NCBI GenBank assembly: GCA_000989675.1
Contig: LBOT01000001.1
Location: 1 to 41,417, forward strand
Direction of reading: 5' to 3'
Length of the DNA stretch: 41,417 bases
Source: a candidate division WS6 bacterium GW2011_GWE2_33_157
GTDB taxonomy: Bacteria > Patescibacteriota > Dojkabacteria > SC72
Every line of letters starts with the position of its first letter. Positions within the stretch are counted from its first letter, which is position 1. Both the position numbers and the translations under genes were made by a program. The notes beneath the pieces are model-generated. The model did not search any database, had not been told where the DNA came from, and was given only the letters and a program-made list of their open reading frames with translations. Shown in pieces: positions 1 through 9,924 of this stretch.

Positions 1-597
1 AGTCGGATTGTTTCATGGATTGACAGGATACTTGGGTATGTTACGAACGAGTCCTTATTATCATTCTATGTGAAAGTTGGCGTCAATATAACGAAAATTG
101 AGCATTCAAAAACATCGCCATTAAAAGCTTTTTCATCAAAACCAAAAACATGGAAAATACCCCCTATTAAGAACATAGATAGGGAACACGTTTTCTTACA
201 ACACCTCCTTTATCAAAAAAATATTTCTCTCGATAAAAAGTTTGAGCTTAAAATTTTTGAAAACAAAAATATTTTAGAAATTTTGGCGTTTGTAAAACAG
301 AACCCTAATTGTAGTAGGAATGATATAGTGAAAAAATTCGAAGAAAATCGCGATATAAAAGACATAATTGAGCAAAGTATCTTTACGTTCTCTCTAGATG
401 AGAGTAATAGTGTAGAATTAGATAATATTTATGAAAATTTAGTAAAAGAATATTACAAGAGAAAAGAGCGTGATTACAATGTTAAAATAGCAATAGCAGA
501 GAAAACAGGTAACCAAAAAGAGAGTGAGAAGTTACTAGAAGGGTTTCAAAATTTAACTAAAGAGAAACAAAAATATGAACAAAGTAGCCAATTATGA
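1..597 (+). CDS. 3' part of a gene that starts upstream of the window; possibly the C-terminal (helicase-interaction) region of DNA primase DnaG
   Basis: Frame 1 has no stop from base 1 to 69, so the ORF-track GTG start at 70 is probably internal. The tail is helical and K/E-rich (..KIAIAEKTGNQKESEKLLEGFQNLTKEKQKY), resembling DnaG C-termini. No catalytic motif is visible in the window. Confidence 0.45.
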   Translation, partial: SRIVSWIDRILGYVTNESLLSFYVKVGVNITKIEHSKTSPLKAFSSKPKTWKIPPIKNIDREHVFLQHLLYQKNISLDKKFELKIFENKNILEILAFVKQNPNCSRNDIVKKFEENRDIKDIIEQSIFTFSLDESNSVELDNIYENLVKEYYKRKERDYNVKIAIAEKTGNQKESEKLLEGFQNLTKEKQKYEQSSQL

Positions 598-1501
598 CAC
601 ATTAGATTACGATTACAGTACATATTGGAAGAAAAGAGAATATGAACATCAATCAGAACAATTAGTACTAAAGAAACTCTTTAAGAATATTAAGAATGGT
701 AAATGGTTTATAGATATCGGAGGATCATATGGAAGATTGTTACCTTCCTACTATGATATTTACTCCAACCCCATTATCGTAGATTACTCACTTAAAACTC
801 TTCAAAAGAACTACGAACATATTAGAAAGGATTTCCCTCGTGTTGAATTAATAGCGGCAAATGCATATTTCTTACCATTTAAATCAAATACTTTTAATGG
901 TGGGTTAATGGTTAGGGTATTACACCATCTTGACAGGCCACTAGAGTACTTTAAAGAGATATATCGAGTAATGTCACCCAATGGCATATATATACAAGAA
1001 TTTGCTAACAAGGCACATATAAAGGCCGTACTGAGAGCCTTATTCAAATTAGACTTTTCTGTATTTAACAAAGAGCCATATCAACAACCAAAGAAAGGTA
1101 ATGATGAAGGGGCAAAGAGAGGTGCCTATGTACCATTTCTAAACTATCACACAAGTTGGATACAGGAGAAATTAAAAGATCTTGGATTTAAGATAGGAAG
1201 GAAATATGGGTGTTCATTTTTAAGATTAAATATATTTAAGAAACTGTTTAAGACAAGGACATTACTCTTCTTTGAAAAGATATTTCAAACCGCCTTTTCA
1301 TGGGTAAATATCTCTCCAAGTATATTTATTAAATCTATTGCAGAGAAAGAGATAACTGAAAAAGAATACTCTGAATTAAATCAAATACTTGCATGCCCTA
1401 AATGTAAAGGAAATCTCGAGATATCAAGTACAAAGGCAATCTGTACTCATTGTAAGAAAGAGTTTAACAAAAATGAAAATATTTGGGATTTCAGAATATA
1501 A
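575..1501 (+). CDS. Class I SAM-dependent methyltransferase with a C-terminal Trm112-like zinc ribbon
   Basis: Motif I is FIDIGGSYGRL, followed by the LMVRVLHHLDRP region typical of Methyltransf_11/25. The C-terminus CPKCKGNLE..CTHCKKEF is a CxxC..CxxC ribbon. It overlaps the upstream gene by 23 nt. Confidence 0.75.
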   Translation: MNKVANYDTLDYDYSTYWKKREYEHQSEQLVLKKLFKNIKNGKWFIDIGGSYGRLLPSYYDIYSNPIIVDYSLKTLQKNYEHIRKDFPRVELIAANAYFLPFKSNTFNGGLMVRVLHHLDRPLEYFKEIYRVMSPNGIYIQEFANKAHIKAVLRALFKLDFSVFNKEPYQQPKKGNDEGAKRGAYVPFLNYHTSWIQEKLKDLGFKIGRKYGCSFLRLNIFKKLFKTRTLLFFEKIFQTAFSWVNISPSIFIKSIAEKEITEKEYSELNQILACPKCKGNLEISSTKAICTHCKKEFNKNENIWDFRI

Positions 1502-2229
1502 TGAAAGCTAAAAGGTCTTTAGGACAAAACTTCTTTATTAATAATAACCTAGGAGAATACATCGTAGAGAAGGTAAAAACCAGTAATACAAAATCAGTAA
1601 TTGAAATAGGTCCAGGATTAGGCTTCTTTACTCAAAGATTAATCAATGTTTTTGAAAATGTAACAGTAATTGAAAAAGATAGTGAATTAGCTAATAACTT
1701 AAGACTACAATTCCCAAATATCTCTGTAATAAATGAAGATTTTTTGAATTTCGATCTAAACCAAATAATGGAAATCCCTTCTACATACTTTGGGTCTCTT
1801 CCATACAATGTATCAAAACCAATTGTAAAGAAAATAGTTGAAAGTAAAAGTTTTACTAACCCGGCATATTTTATAATTCAAAAGGAAGTAGCAGAAAAAT
1901 ATATATACAAAAAACCATATTCAACACTCTCATTAACCACACATATCTATTCTAATTGTAAAAAAATACTAGATATATCACCAGATTCATTTAAACCAAA
2001 ACCACATGTAAATAGTACCCTTATATCGTTCATACCGAAAGAAATAAATATTCAAAACATTCCTCTGTTAAAAGATTTGATTACACTCTCTTTCAGACAC
2101 CCTAGGAAAAATCTTTTAAACAATCTTAAAGGAACAAAGTTTCAAAATGGGTCTCAACTATACAAAACATACAGACCATCAGATCTCTCTTTGGATCAAT
2201 ATATTGAAATCCTTAAATATTCACTCTAG
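1501..2229 (+). CDS. rsmA: 16S rRNA (adenine1518/1519-N6)-dimethyltransferase RsmA/KsgA
   Basis: KRSLGQNFF N-terminal signature, EIGPGLG SAM-binding loop, FGSLPYNVS (canonical N-L-P-Y-N-I-S). The ATG at 1501 gives the canonical MKAKRSLGQNF start; the ORF track extends to 1483. Confidence 0.88.
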   Translation: MKAKRSLGQNFFINNNLGEYIVEKVKTSNTKSVIEIGPGLGFFTQRLINVFENVTVIEKDSELANNLRLQFPNISVINEDFLNFDLNQIMEIPSTYFGSLPYNVSKPIVKKIVESKSFTNPAYFIIQKEVAEKYIYKKPYSTLSLTTHIYSNCKKILDISPDSFKPKPHVNSTLISFIPKEINIQNIPLLKDLITLSFRHPRKNLLNNLKGTKFQNGSQLYKTYRPSDLSLDQYIEILKYSL

Positions 2230-2237
2230 TCTTCTGA

Positions 2238-2243
2238 TATAAT
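2238..2243 (+). promoter_or_regulatory. -10 box TATAAT (in GATATAAT) 7 nt upstream of the ATG at 2251; leaderless-type promoter
   Basis: ctGATATAATcaggaagATG. No correctly spaced SD is present. Confidence 0.4.
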
Positions 2244-2250
2244 CAGGAAG

Positions 2251-2703
2251 ATGAAAACAAAGAAAGAAGAGAAACAAAAACAACTAAACTTTGGTTTAAA
2301 AAACTCCCCACAAAATATATACTTTAAATATAAAGATCAATACGAAGTTTGGTTAGCTGGGCTTGAAACAAAAAAGTTTATGAAGGATATTCTAACCTGG
2401 TTTACAATAATCCTATCAATAACCTTTATTTTTACTGAAATATATCTAATAGAGACACACGAGCAATTACCATCTAGGATACCAATATTTAATTACTTTA
2501 TTAACTCTTCAAAAAGGTTAACAGTAAACGAATTAATATATTTATACCCATTTTTAAGTACATTAATGCTCATATTTACAACCATTACAGCAAATCACTA
2601 CTATCACAAAGAAAGATCTTTATCTAAAATCCTCTTAGTAGTAATGCTACTTGTAAATCTCTCTCTATGTTTAATATTTTTGAAATTACTTTATACATTC
2701 TAA
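2251..2703 (+). CDS. Small integral membrane protein, unknown function
   Basis: 150-aa ORF with about 3 hydrophobic segments (ILTWFTIILSITFIFTEIYLI, LIYLYPFLSTLMLIFTTI, LLVVMLLVNLSLCLIFL). Confidence 0.55.
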   Translation: MKTKKEEKQKQLNFGLKNSPQNIYFKYKDQYEVWLAGLETKKFMKDILTWFTIILSITFIFTEIYLIETHEQLPSRIPIFNYFINSSKRLTVNELIYLYPFLSTLMLIFTTITANHYYHKERSLSKILLVVMLLVNLSLCLIFLKLLYTF

Positions 2704-2709
2704 TAACAT

Positions 2710-3918
2710 ATGGATATATCAATACCTTCTAAAATTTTAGAAAAGATTCTTAAGATAAATGATTTCTCAATATCAACACAGTATGATAAATATCTTAATT
2801 ACTGGCCACTCCTGTTAGCTGGATTCCTTTTTGCAATACTTTTTGTTCCAATTATTGGGAAAATAGCAAAAAAATGGGGAGTAACATACCAGCCTAAAAC
2901 AAAACGAAAAGGAAGAGAGTTTGATAATGCTGAGAAGGCAATACATGAAGTAGAAACTCCAGCATTAGGTGGTTTAGCTGTAACACTACCCATTTTAATT
3001 GCAATACCCATACTTTTTAAGCTAGATGCTTTAACAATACCCATTTTAATCGCATCTGCTATCTTAGTAATTGGATCAACACTAGATGACATTTTTAACT
3101 TACCAGCAAAAGTTCAACTTGGATATCAATTACTAGCAGCATCAACAATTGCAGTATCAATAATCGATTTGTCTAGTATTAGTTTCTTTGCAGACGACTT
3201 ACTTAATCTTACAAGTGCAACATGGAGTACTACAATTCTCTCAATACCACTTTCCTTTGTATTCCCAGGCGATTTAATACTAATTGTATGGATTTTCCTT
3301 TGTATTAATTCTGTAAAATGGGTAGGTGGATCTCCTGGTCTTATTGAATCATACTCTCTTAATATATTCATATTACTCTTCTTAATAGCTGTAAGAACCT
3401 TTTCCCTCTTTACATCTACATTAAGTATACTAATTGCAGGTTCCCTTTTAGGATTACTTTACTTTGCATTTCCACCTCCAAAAATTATGTCTGGTTCTTC
3501 AGGGAAAACTGCATACGGTTTCTTTATCAGTGTTTTGGCTTTAATAAGTGGAGTTAAGTTCTCAACAACCATAATGCTACTTGCTTTACCAATAATTGAT
3601 GCTCTCTATGTAATTCTCTACAGATATATAAAGTATAAACCTAAAAATCCAATTGAATTAATAAAAATTAATGATACCTCACACTTTCATCATAGACTTT
3701 TAGCATTAAATTTATCTACTAAACAAACTCTTTTGATAGAAACTTCAATTTCAATTTTAATTGGTTCATTGGCTATACTTACAACAGGGGCAATGAGATA
3801 TTTTGCATTAATATTCAGTCTCGCATTAGTAATTGGTTTAATAGTATTTATAAATTACAAGGCAAATAAGAAAGAAATTGAGAAAGAAAGATCTCCAGAA
3901 TCGAAATACTCATATTAG
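2710..3918 (+). CDS. Glycosyltransferase family 4 polyprenyl-phosphate sugar-1-phosphate transferase (MraY/WecA/TagO-like)
   Basis: Polytopic membrane protein (about 10 TM). It carries the DDIFNLP motif and the cytoplasmic HFHHRLL motif characteristic of the MraY/WecA superfamily. Confidence 0.8.
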   Translation: MDISIPSKILEKILKINDFSISTQYDKYLNYWPLLLAGFLFAILFVPIIGKIAKKWGVTYQPKTKRKGREFDNAEKAIHEVETPALGGLAVTLPILIAIPILFKLDALTIPILIASAILVIGSTLDDIFNLPAKVQLGYQLLAASTIAVSIIDLSSISFFADDLLNLTSATWSTTILSIPLSFVFPGDLILIVWIFLCINSVKWVGGSPGLIESYSLNIFILLFLIAVRTFSLFTSTLSILIAGSLLGLLYFAFPPPKIMSGSSGKTAYGFFISVLALISGVKFSTTIMLLALPIIDALYVILYRYIKYKPKNPIELIKINDTSHFHHRLLALNLSTKQTLLIETSISILIGSLAILTTGAMRYFALIFSLALVIGLIVFINYKANKKEIEKERSPESKYSY

Positions 3919-3959
3919 CTTGTAGACAAAAGATTGTGCCTTGCATATAATAAAACCAT

Positions 3960-4610
3960 ATGAAAAAATGGAAATCTGCCCTGATAATGCTATCCATTAT
4001 CATTTTAATATCGACATTCCTCTTTTTTGTACCACTTGATGGTATTATCAAATATCTCCCTATCTTAAATAGTTTTTACAAAAATACTACGTTGGAAATT
4101 ACTACTCCCAACGGTAAATCTACAGTAAAAATAGATGGTAAAGAGTATGGAGAAACACCTACAAACATTCAAAATTTAATAGCAGGTGAGTACGAAATCG
4201 AATTAAGCAGAACATCAGCTGTCGAAGGATATTACAAGCCACATATATTTAATGTTGTGCTTACAAAAAATAGTACTTCAAGGATAAATATGGAGATAGG
4301 GCCTGATGATTCTCTACACGGAGTAGTTCTTTACTATACCCAAGACTTAATTGGTACAAAAGGAAAAGGAAAAATTACATTAACAACAAATAGTGAGAAC
4401 GCTAAAATATATACCGATGATGATTTCTTAAAATCTGCACCTGTTAGTAACCTTGATATGAATGTAGGAGAGTATAAAATGACAGTAACGGCCGAAAACT
4501 ATCAAGACCTAAAATTTCAGATAGTTGTTAGGGAGGGGTATATACTAAACATAAAGGGATATCTTCTTCCTAATCCTGTAAACTTTGAGATAGTACCATC
4601 TGATGGATAA
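3960..4610 (+). CDS. Membrane-anchored PEGA domain protein
   Basis: N-terminal TM segment. Two PEGA-like units are present: VKIDGKEYGETPTNIQNLIAGEYEIELSR and AKIYTDDDFLKSAPVSNLDMNVGEYKMTVTAENY. Confidence 0.7.
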   Translation: MKKWKSALIMLSIIILISTFLFFVPLDGIIKYLPILNSFYKNTTLEITTPNGKSTVKIDGKEYGETPTNIQNLIAGEYEIELSRTSAVEGYYKPHIFNVVLTKNSTSRINMEIGPDDSLHGVVLYYTQDLIGTKGKGKITLTTNSENAKIYTDDDFLKSAPVSNLDMNVGEYKMTVTAENYQDLKFQIVVREGYILNIKGYLLPNPVNFEIVPSDG

Positions 4611-7605
4611 TACAAATTTAACAAAAATAAAGGGACAGACACCAATCTCCATAATAGTTCATGGAGGCAATTATACTAGTTTCCTTCTAGCAAAAACCTT
4701 ACTTGAACAAGGTAGTCATGTTGTAATAATAGATAAATATACTAATAGCTCAAAACAGTATTTTACTGATTTAAAGAAGACTGGGAAGGTAAGCTTTATC
4801 GATTTCAAAGGTTTAAAAAGTTTTTATGAGAAAATAGCAAGAATAGATTATCTCTACTACATGCTAGGACAGAAAGTGGAAGATAATGGACATTTTGATA
4901 GTAAAGATTTCCTTGCAGAAACAGACTATCTAAACAGTAGTTTAACTGCTGCAAATAAATACAAAGCTAAAATTTCTCTAGTTACCTCTATGAGGCTAAA
5001 TAGGGAGTTGGCGAATAGAGTTAATAATGAAGTAACTGGAAAAACTAAACCTTACTCCCCACTAGAATTACAAAGATATGGTGAAAATTTTGCTGCAGAG
5101 TTTGTAGATAAAACAAAAGCGAATTTAAGAATAATCCGACTTGGAACATTACTTGGAAAAAGAATAAACAATATTACCGATAGTATATTAGATAAGCTCT
5201 TTACTGATTCAACGCAGAAACACCAAATTGAAATAGAGGGAGAAGGGTTAGAATTACACAATTTAATACATGAGAGTGATGCAATATATGGGATACTGAA
5301 ATTAACATTTACAGATGATACTAAAGGAGAGGTAATCTCTTTGTGTAATAGGAATGATTACTCAACCCTTTCTTTGGCATACAAATTACTTGAATTAGAT
5401 GTTGAAGCAAGGGCAATTAAATTTGTTGAGAAACAAAGTACAGATACCGTATTACAAGATTTGTATGTACCTGCACCTAATGCAGAACAGTTCGGATGGA
5501 AACAGAATGTGTCTCTTGAAGAAAGTATCATAGAACAAATACAAGCATACTACGAGAAATCAGATAAGAAGTGGGATGCCGATAAAGTGAACAATATTAA
5601 GAAATACAAAGCACAGGATAATATTGCTACTACATCAAAAACGAAATTAGGAAGGTTTGTATATAACATTACAGCTCCATTTAGAAAGTTAGGTAATCCA
5701 AAAGATGTAATAAGTACGTTAAATTACACAACTATTCTACGGAATATAACCATCACCTCTCTCTCTCTTCTTGTAATCTACTTCTTAATAGCTCCAATAA
5801 TTGGTATTACACTTGGTTCTGCACTCATATACAAAGATAGTAAAACATTAAGAGATTCTCTTGAGGAACTTAATTTCGATAAGCTTCAACAAAGTACTTC
5901 CAATATATCTTCAAATATTTCAAGGGTTGAAAACAATCTAAATAGAATATATTGGGTATTTAAATTAACAAATGGTGTTAATGAATACAGAAATATCAAT
6001 CAAATAGTAGAAGGAACTGGATATGCAATGGATAGTGCACAAGACCTTGTGGTAGGTTTAAGACCCCTTGGAGAGTATATTAAAGACTTTGAACCGGCAG
6101 TAGGTTTTGGTGAGGAGAAGCAAAACAGTAGAGAGTATACAGAATACTTAAAAGCAATTGATGATAACCAATACAGTGTAAAAGAGGGAATATACAAAAT
6201 GTCTCTAGCACAGAATTTAATAGATAGTGTAGATACAAAAGATATTCCAAAATTTTTACAGGAGTATGTACTACAATATAAAGATTTGATAAACGATGTA
6301 AATACAACTGTAAAACCCTTAGAAAAGGTTACCCAATTTTTACCTGATCTTTTAGGTGTAAATGAAAGGAAAAGATATTTAATACTTACACAAAATGAGG
6401 GAGAAATACGAAGTACAGGAGGATGGATTTCTACATATGCAATTGTTGCAATAGAGGGGGGACAAATAAGGGAGATGTTTGTTGATGATATATACAATGG
6501 AGATGGAGCATTAAAGTTACAAGGTGTTACACACAAGACTCCAAACTCTATGATTAGAGCACTTGCAGATGTACCATATACATTCTCTTTGGTAAACTGG
6601 GATCCTAATCTAGACAATGTAATGCTGTCAGCTGAGCAATTTATCTACGACCTTGGAAAAGGAAATGAAATCGATGGTTTAATTACCATGGATACCCTCT
6701 TTTTAGAGAAACTCTTAGATAAATGGGAGGGTATAGAGGTACCAGGAGAAACAGAGTTAATTACATCTAGCAACCTTTACACGAAGATATTTGAAATGCA
6801 AACAGAATTCATGCCTACTTCAACACGAAAATCTATCTTTTTAACAGACTTAACAAATGAAATACTCACAAAAGTTCTCTCTTCAAAATTAGTAGACTAT
6901 AGAGATATAGGGGACATTCTTGAAGAATCATTAACTGAAAAACATATTCAAGTTACATTCAAAAATTCAACAGCAAAATCATATACAGATAGTATGGGGT
7001 GGGACGGAAATATAGATTCAAAGTATCAAAATACTCCTGTTAATATAGATTGGAACTGGGGAGCAAATAAAGCAAACCTCTACATTAAGAAAAATCATAC
7101 ACTAGATATAGATATTAAAGATGAAAATACCATCGATTATAAATACCAAATAGCTATACAAAACGATTCAACATCAAACGAATTCCCTCAGGGAGAGTAT
7201 GTAAACTATGTGAGAGTATTGTTACCAAGTAGTGCAAATATTATGAGTATAAAGGGGTTAAAGGATAATAAATATGATGTGTACAATGAATATGGATACA
7301 AGGTTGTAGGAGGATGGTTTAATACCCCTATTAAAGAAACAAGTACTTTAGAAATTTCATATCGTATATTAAGAGATGAAAGTGGTTTAAGTTTCCCTCT
7401 TGTAAAAACAGATACCCATTTTGATATGGATATTAATATTTATAAACAGCCAGGGAGTAAAAAAGATGCATATAATCTATCACTAAAATTCCCTGAAACG
7501 TGGGAAATAGAGGAAAGTGAAGGAATGACTAGAATTGAGAACAATGTAAATAGAAGACTAGAACTCTCTTCGGATCAATATTTCAACCTATCGTGGAAAA
7601 GATAG
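4603..7605 (+). CDS. Fusion protein: N-terminal NAD-epimerase/dehydratase-like Rossmann domain (degenerate motifs), TM segment, C-terminal DUF4012 domain
   Basis: N-terminus IIVHGGNYTSFLLAKTLLEQGSHVVIIDK aligns to the GxxGxxG strand-loop of SDR epimerases but lacks the third Gly. A TM segment follows (ITITSLSLLVIYFLIAPIIGITLGSALIY). ILTQNEGEIRSTGGWISTYAIV matches the hallmark N-x-E-x-R-x-T-G-G-x-I-G/S-x-Y motif of DUF4012. Confidence 0.7.
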   Translation: MDNTNLTKIKGQTPISIIVHGGNYTSFLLAKTLLEQGSHVVIIDKYTNSSKQYFTDLKKTGKVSFIDFKGLKSFYEKIARIDYLYYMLGQKVEDNGHFDSKDFLAETDYLNSSLTAANKYKAKISLVTSMRLNRELANRVNNEVTGKTKPYSPLELQRYGENFAAEFVDKTKANLRIIRLGTLLGKRINNITDSILDKLFTDSTQKHQIEIEGEGLELHNLIHESDAIYGILKLTFTDDTKGEVISLCNRNDYSTLSLAYKLLELDVEARAIKFVEKQSTDTVLQDLYVPAPNAEQFGWKQNVSLEESIIEQIQAYYEKSDKKWDADKVNNIKKYKAQDNIATTSKTKLGRFVYNITAPFRKLGNPKDVISTLNYTTILRNITITSLSLLVIYFLIAPIIGITLGSALIYKDSKTLRDSLEELNFDKLQQSTSNISSNISRVENNLNRIYWVFKLTNGVNEYRNINQIVEGTGYAMDSAQDLVVGLRPLGEYIKDFEPAVGFGEEKQNSREYTEYLKAIDDNQYSVKEGIYKMSLAQNLIDSVDTKDIPKFLQEYVLQYKDLINDVNTTVKPLEKVTQFLPDLLGVNERKRYLILTQNEGEIRSTGGWISTYAIVAIEGGQIREMFVDDIYNGDGALKLQGVTHKTPNSMIRALADVPYTFSLVNWDPNLDNVMLSAEQFIYDLGKGNEIDGLITMDTLFLEKLLDKWEGIEVPGETELITSSNLYTKIFEMQTEFMPTSTRKSIFLTDLTNEILTKVLSSKLVDYRDIGDILEESLTEKHIQVTFKNSTAKSYTDSMGWDGNIDSKYQNTPVNIDWNWGANKANLYIKKNHTLDIDIKDENTIDYKYQIAIQNDSTSNEFPQGEYVNYVRVLLPSSANIMSIKGLKDNKYDVYNEYGYKVVGGWFNTPIKETSTLEISYRILRDESGLSFPLVKTDTHFDMDINIYKQPGSKKDAYNLSLKFPETWEIEESEGMTRIENNVNRRLELSSDQYFNLSWKR

Positions 7606-7950
7606 CTATATAACGATAGAATCTTTACTCTTTAAATATAAATAAACATCTAATATCTCTCCAACCGAAGTTTCTTTCCTTGATGCAAATTTCCCTATCT
7701 CTTCTACATCTAAATCCGTATTGATTGGCATCCTGTTACTAATTCCCATTGGTTTAATAAATGTTGCAATATGGTTAGATTTACAATTTGAACAAGAGAA
7801 GTGTATAATACTGGACAGATTTGTGTCCTGAATTATTTCTAAATCACTTCCAGTATAAGGAGTTCCACATTTATCACAAAACTTAGCAATCATATCAATA
7901 AAAAACTGCTTCTTCTCATCTAAATTGTTTTTACTAAGGGACTTTGTCAT
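7606..7950 (-). CDS. Small zinc-ribbon protein, unknown function
   Basis: 114-aa ORF with CDKC..(24 aa)..CSNC. It is divergently arranged 26 bp from rpoD. Confidence 0.5.
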   Translation of the reverse strand: MTKSLSKNNLDEKKQFFIDMIAKFCDKCGTPYTGSDLEIIQDTNLSSIIHFSCSNCKSNHIATFIKPMGISNRMPINTDLDVEEIGKFASRKETSVGEILDVYLYLKSKDSIVI

Positions 7951-7976
7951 ATATTAAATTATACCATAATAAATAA

Positions 7977-9065
7977 ATGAGTAATCCGTCTTCAAAATCA
8001 AAATATATAAAGGAGTTAGTTAAAAAAGGGAAAGAACAAGGGTTTCTTTCCCAAGAAGACATCCTTGAGATATTTCCAACCATTGAGGAAGATATTTCCC
8101 TTTTAGATCAGATATTTAAGGAACTACAAGAGAACGATATAGAAGTACTAGAGCCAGAAGAAGATTTAGTAAAAAGTTCTGAAGAACTTACATTAGAAAA
8201 AAAGATTAGAATACTTAAAACTATTCAATCAAGTATTTCTACTGATGCAATAAGGTCATATCTTTATGAAATTGGAAAGATTCCTCTCCTTACCGCAGAA
8301 GAAGAGGTAATACTTGCAAAAAGAATTGAAGATGGGGATAAGGAAGCGGGACAACTTTTAATTACAGCTAATCTTAGATTAGTTGTAAGCATCGCAAAAA
8401 AATACAGTAAAAGTGGCTTAGAATTACTAGACTTAATACAAGAAGGAAACATCGGATTAATGAGAGCTGTGGAGAAATTTGATTACCACAAAGGCTTTAA
8501 ATTCTCTACATATGCTACTTGGTGGATAAGGCAAGCTATTACGAGGGCAATTGCTGATCAGGCAAGAACTATTCGTGTGCCAGTACATATGATTGAAACC
8601 ATTAACAAATTCAATAAGGTAAATAGTACATTAACCACAAGACTTGGAAGACAACCAACTGATGAAGAAATTGCAAAAGAAATGGATATTGAATTAGAGA
8701 AAATAGCAGAAATAAGAAAGATAAAACAAAATCCATCCTCTCTTGCAACACCAATAGGAGATGAGAAAGATAGTAAATTACAAGATATTCTTCCTGATGA
8801 ATGGTCTCAAAGCCCGGAAGATTATGCTACGGCTGAATACTTAAAGAATCAACTAAAAGACATCCTTGACTCTCTACAAGATAGAGAAAGAAGAGTTCTT
8901 TCTTTAAGATTTGGCTTAACAGATGGAGTAACAAGAACTTTAGAAGAGGTTGGTAGAGAATTTGGAGTAACAAGAGAAAGAATTAGACAGATAGAAGCAA
9001 AAGCATTAAAGAAGCTAAAGGACAAATCTTCTGAAAAGAAATTGGATGACTACATTAATACCTAA
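7977..9065 (+). CDS. rpoD: Primary RNA polymerase sigma factor (sigma-70 group 1)
   Basis: Region 2 [54 protein letters not shown] is present. So is region 4.2 [27 protein letters not shown]. Confidence 0.96.
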   Translation: MSNPSSKSKYIKELVKKGKEQGFLSQEDILEIFPTIEEDISLLDQIFKELQENDIEVLEPEEDLVKSSEELTLEKKIRILKTIQSSISTDAIRSYLYEIGKIPLLTAEEEVILAKRIEDGDKEAGQLLITANLRLVVSIAKKYSKSGLELLDLIQEGNIGLMRAVEKFDYHKGFKFSTYATWWIRQAITRAIADQARTIRVPVHMIETINKFNKVNSTLTTRLGRQPTDEEIAKEMDIELEKIAEIRKIKQNPSSLATPIGDEKDSKLQDILPDEWSQSPEDYATAEYLKNQLKDILDSLQDRERRVLSLRFGLTDGVTRTLEEVGREFGVTRERIRQIEAKALKKLKDKSSEKKLDDYINT

Positions 9066-9301
9066 TCAGGATTTAGCTCAAAGAATACAGAAGGTAATAC
9101 AGGGAAACTACTCCTTATTCTCCCAGACATTGTATCTAATACCTCCTCGTCAAACGAAGGTTTTAAAGGTTTTGTATACATCTCTGCATTAGGATTTAAG
9201 GTTGAGAAAACCCTGTCAGAAAGTAATTCAACACCACCCCATACTATTAGTAGCATTATAGACAGCAATATTATTAAGAAATATTTTCTAAAGATTTGCA
9301 T
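9062..9301 (-). CDS. Small single-pass membrane protein downstream of the PilN/PilO-like genes
   Basis: 79-aa ORF with N-terminal TM ([18 protein letters not shown]). It is tightly packed with the upstream gene (3-nt gap). Confidence 0.4.
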   Translation of the reverse strand: MQIFRKYFLIILLSIMLLIVWGGVELLSDRVFSTLNPNAEMYTKPLKPSFDEEVLDTMSGRIRSSFPVLPSVFFELNPD

Positions 9302-9304
9302 CTT

Positions 9305-9922
9305 TTAATCATAAAAATTTACATTCTCAATATGGTAAATCATCAATTGTAATGAATAATTGGTATTCCCATTCTCATCTAAGTCACTACCATAATTAAT
9401 ACTTTCAATAACAGGATACATAGGCATAGCTTCTAAATCTTTAAGCAAATTCATTAGATATACCTTCTTTCCAGACACAGAAATTCTAACAGAATACGGT
9501 TCTAAAGAGGCAGTTTTAATATCAAAACCCTCTTTCTTATACTCAGAAAAACCTATGGAATCTAATATAAAGTTATTTCTGGTAACAACCGCATCCATAT
9601 TTGAAAGAAGTAAGCTAAAGTTTAACGATGTAGGAAATACTAAAGACAAATCATCAAATGTTGATTCCTGTTCGTTATACTGTTCATCTAAACTTGTCAA
9701 AGCTTTTAACTTGTCCTTCAAAGCTACTGTAATCCTTTCCTTTTCTTTAATTTCATCACTAATAGTAAAAACTGTTTTAATAGTAGGTACTACTGCAAAA
9801 ACAATTAGTAATGTACCAAATATAAATGTTAACCCTGTGAATATTAACTCCGCCTGTTTAGAAGGTCCATCCTTAATTATCTTTACATATTCAACTTTAG
9901 AACTTTTCGCTAATCCTGCCAT
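9305..9922 (-). CDS. PilO-like type IV pilus alignment protein (bitopic: TM, coiled coil, ferredoxin-like domain)
   Basis: Cytoplasmic N-terminus, TM segment (LIFTGLTFIFGTLLIVFAVVP), then the coiled coil KEKERITVALKDKLKALTSLDEQY. It lies 2 nt downstream of the PilN-like gene. The call rests on architecture only. Confidence 0.45.
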   Translation of the reverse strand: MAGLAKSSKVEYVKIIKDGPSKQAELIFTGLTFIFGTLLIVFAVVPTIKTVFTISDEIKEKERITVALKDKLKALTSLDEQYNEQESTFDDLSLVFPTSLNFSLLLSNMDAVVTRNNFILDSIGFSEYKKEGFDIKTASLEPYSVRISVSGKKVYLMNLLKDLEAMPMYPVIESINYGSDLDENGNTNYSLQLMIYHIENVNFYD

Positions 9923-9924
9923 TG

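Noticed and set aside
6000-6617. 205-aa antisense ORF, together with similar antisense ORFs at 811-1071, 2799-3092, 3126-3371, 5052-5261, 8264-8452, 9555-9932, 11164-11503, 13010-14236, 15410-16051, 18392-19615, 20925-21420, 23493-23729, 26090-26344, 28918-29166, 29464-30111, 32790-33155, 33894-34109, 35627-36047, 37474-38001 and 39282-39518
   Set aside because: Each lies entirely inside a gene on the opposite strand that has clear family motifs or a coherent membrane or pilin architecture. Their translations are low-complexity and Ser/Leu/Ile/Phe-rich, as expected from antisense reading of AT-rich coding DNA. None has SD or promoter support.
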